This document shows positions 63,555 to 64,000 of a stretch of DNA of 64,000 nucleotides, in pieces. Positions within the stretch are counted from its first letter, which is position 1; each line of letters begins with the position of its first letter. The stretch is taken from positions 13,392,001 through 13,456,000 of the forward strand of contig OZ281497.1 of assembly GCA_965637545.1 (NCBI GenBank). Reading direction: 5' to 3'. The notes under the pieces are model-generated. The model searched no databases. It was not told the DNA's origin and was given only the letters and a program-made list of their open reading frames with translations. The position numbers were made by a program, and so were the translations under genes. Source of the DNA: Phallusia mammillata. Lineage: Eukaryota.

Positions 63555-64000
63555 TGTTACATCACAAAGCCCTATACTTTTAGCAAACACACGAATCGAT
63601 GTGGCTGTAAACCTTCTATTGCGAAAGACGAGGTTTTCGGACCATACTAACTTTTTCGAAATAAAATTAAAACTACACGCAGAAGATAAAACTACCTTAA
63701 ACTGTCCTTTCAGCACAATTTAAAGTGGTCAAACAAGACCAATACTGTCGTTTTCTTTTTATGCAGGGCATTTTTAATTTGCGATAAACAATGCGAAAAT
63801 TTATGATTTTTCCGTTTTGCTAATTTCCTCTTCAAATTGTACGTTTGAGGTACAAAACACCAAATCTGCATCTCGCTTGTAATAATGGCCGATTTCCAAA
63901 TCGCTTAACAAACTCTTGCATCGGTAACATGTTTCTGCACGCCCTCACAGCTTTTTGTTATTATTGCATCGATAATAAAGCGAGTTGTTGGTTGGCGAGC

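Overview
AT-rich, intron-rich animal genomic DNA, most likely an invertebrate chordate such as an ascidian (inferred from FoxE, the small introns and the TE repertoire). Positions 1-50.5 kb hold a tandem cluster of TRPA1-like ankyrin-repeat channels. It contains the 3' end of a divergent paralog A, then two apparently intact 22-exon paralogs: B (2815-13671, about 1180 aa) and C (19961-29780, about 1178 aa). B and C arose from one segmental duplication that also carried a small DUF1294-like membrane-protein gene (both copies broken) and an orphan copy of A's last exon. Downstream of C is an 18-kb nested stack of seven elements. A deleted BEL/Pao LTR element hosts a Buster-type hAT deletion derivative, a MULE and a Ty3/Gypsy element. 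The Gypsy in turn hosts a CR1/L2 LINE fragment, a hAT MITE and a solo LTR. Several more hAT MITEs sit in TRPA introns and spacers. The right end carries FoxE on the minus strand and an unidentified spliced gene just upstream of it. All gene models, alignments and identity estimates were made by eye, without database searches.
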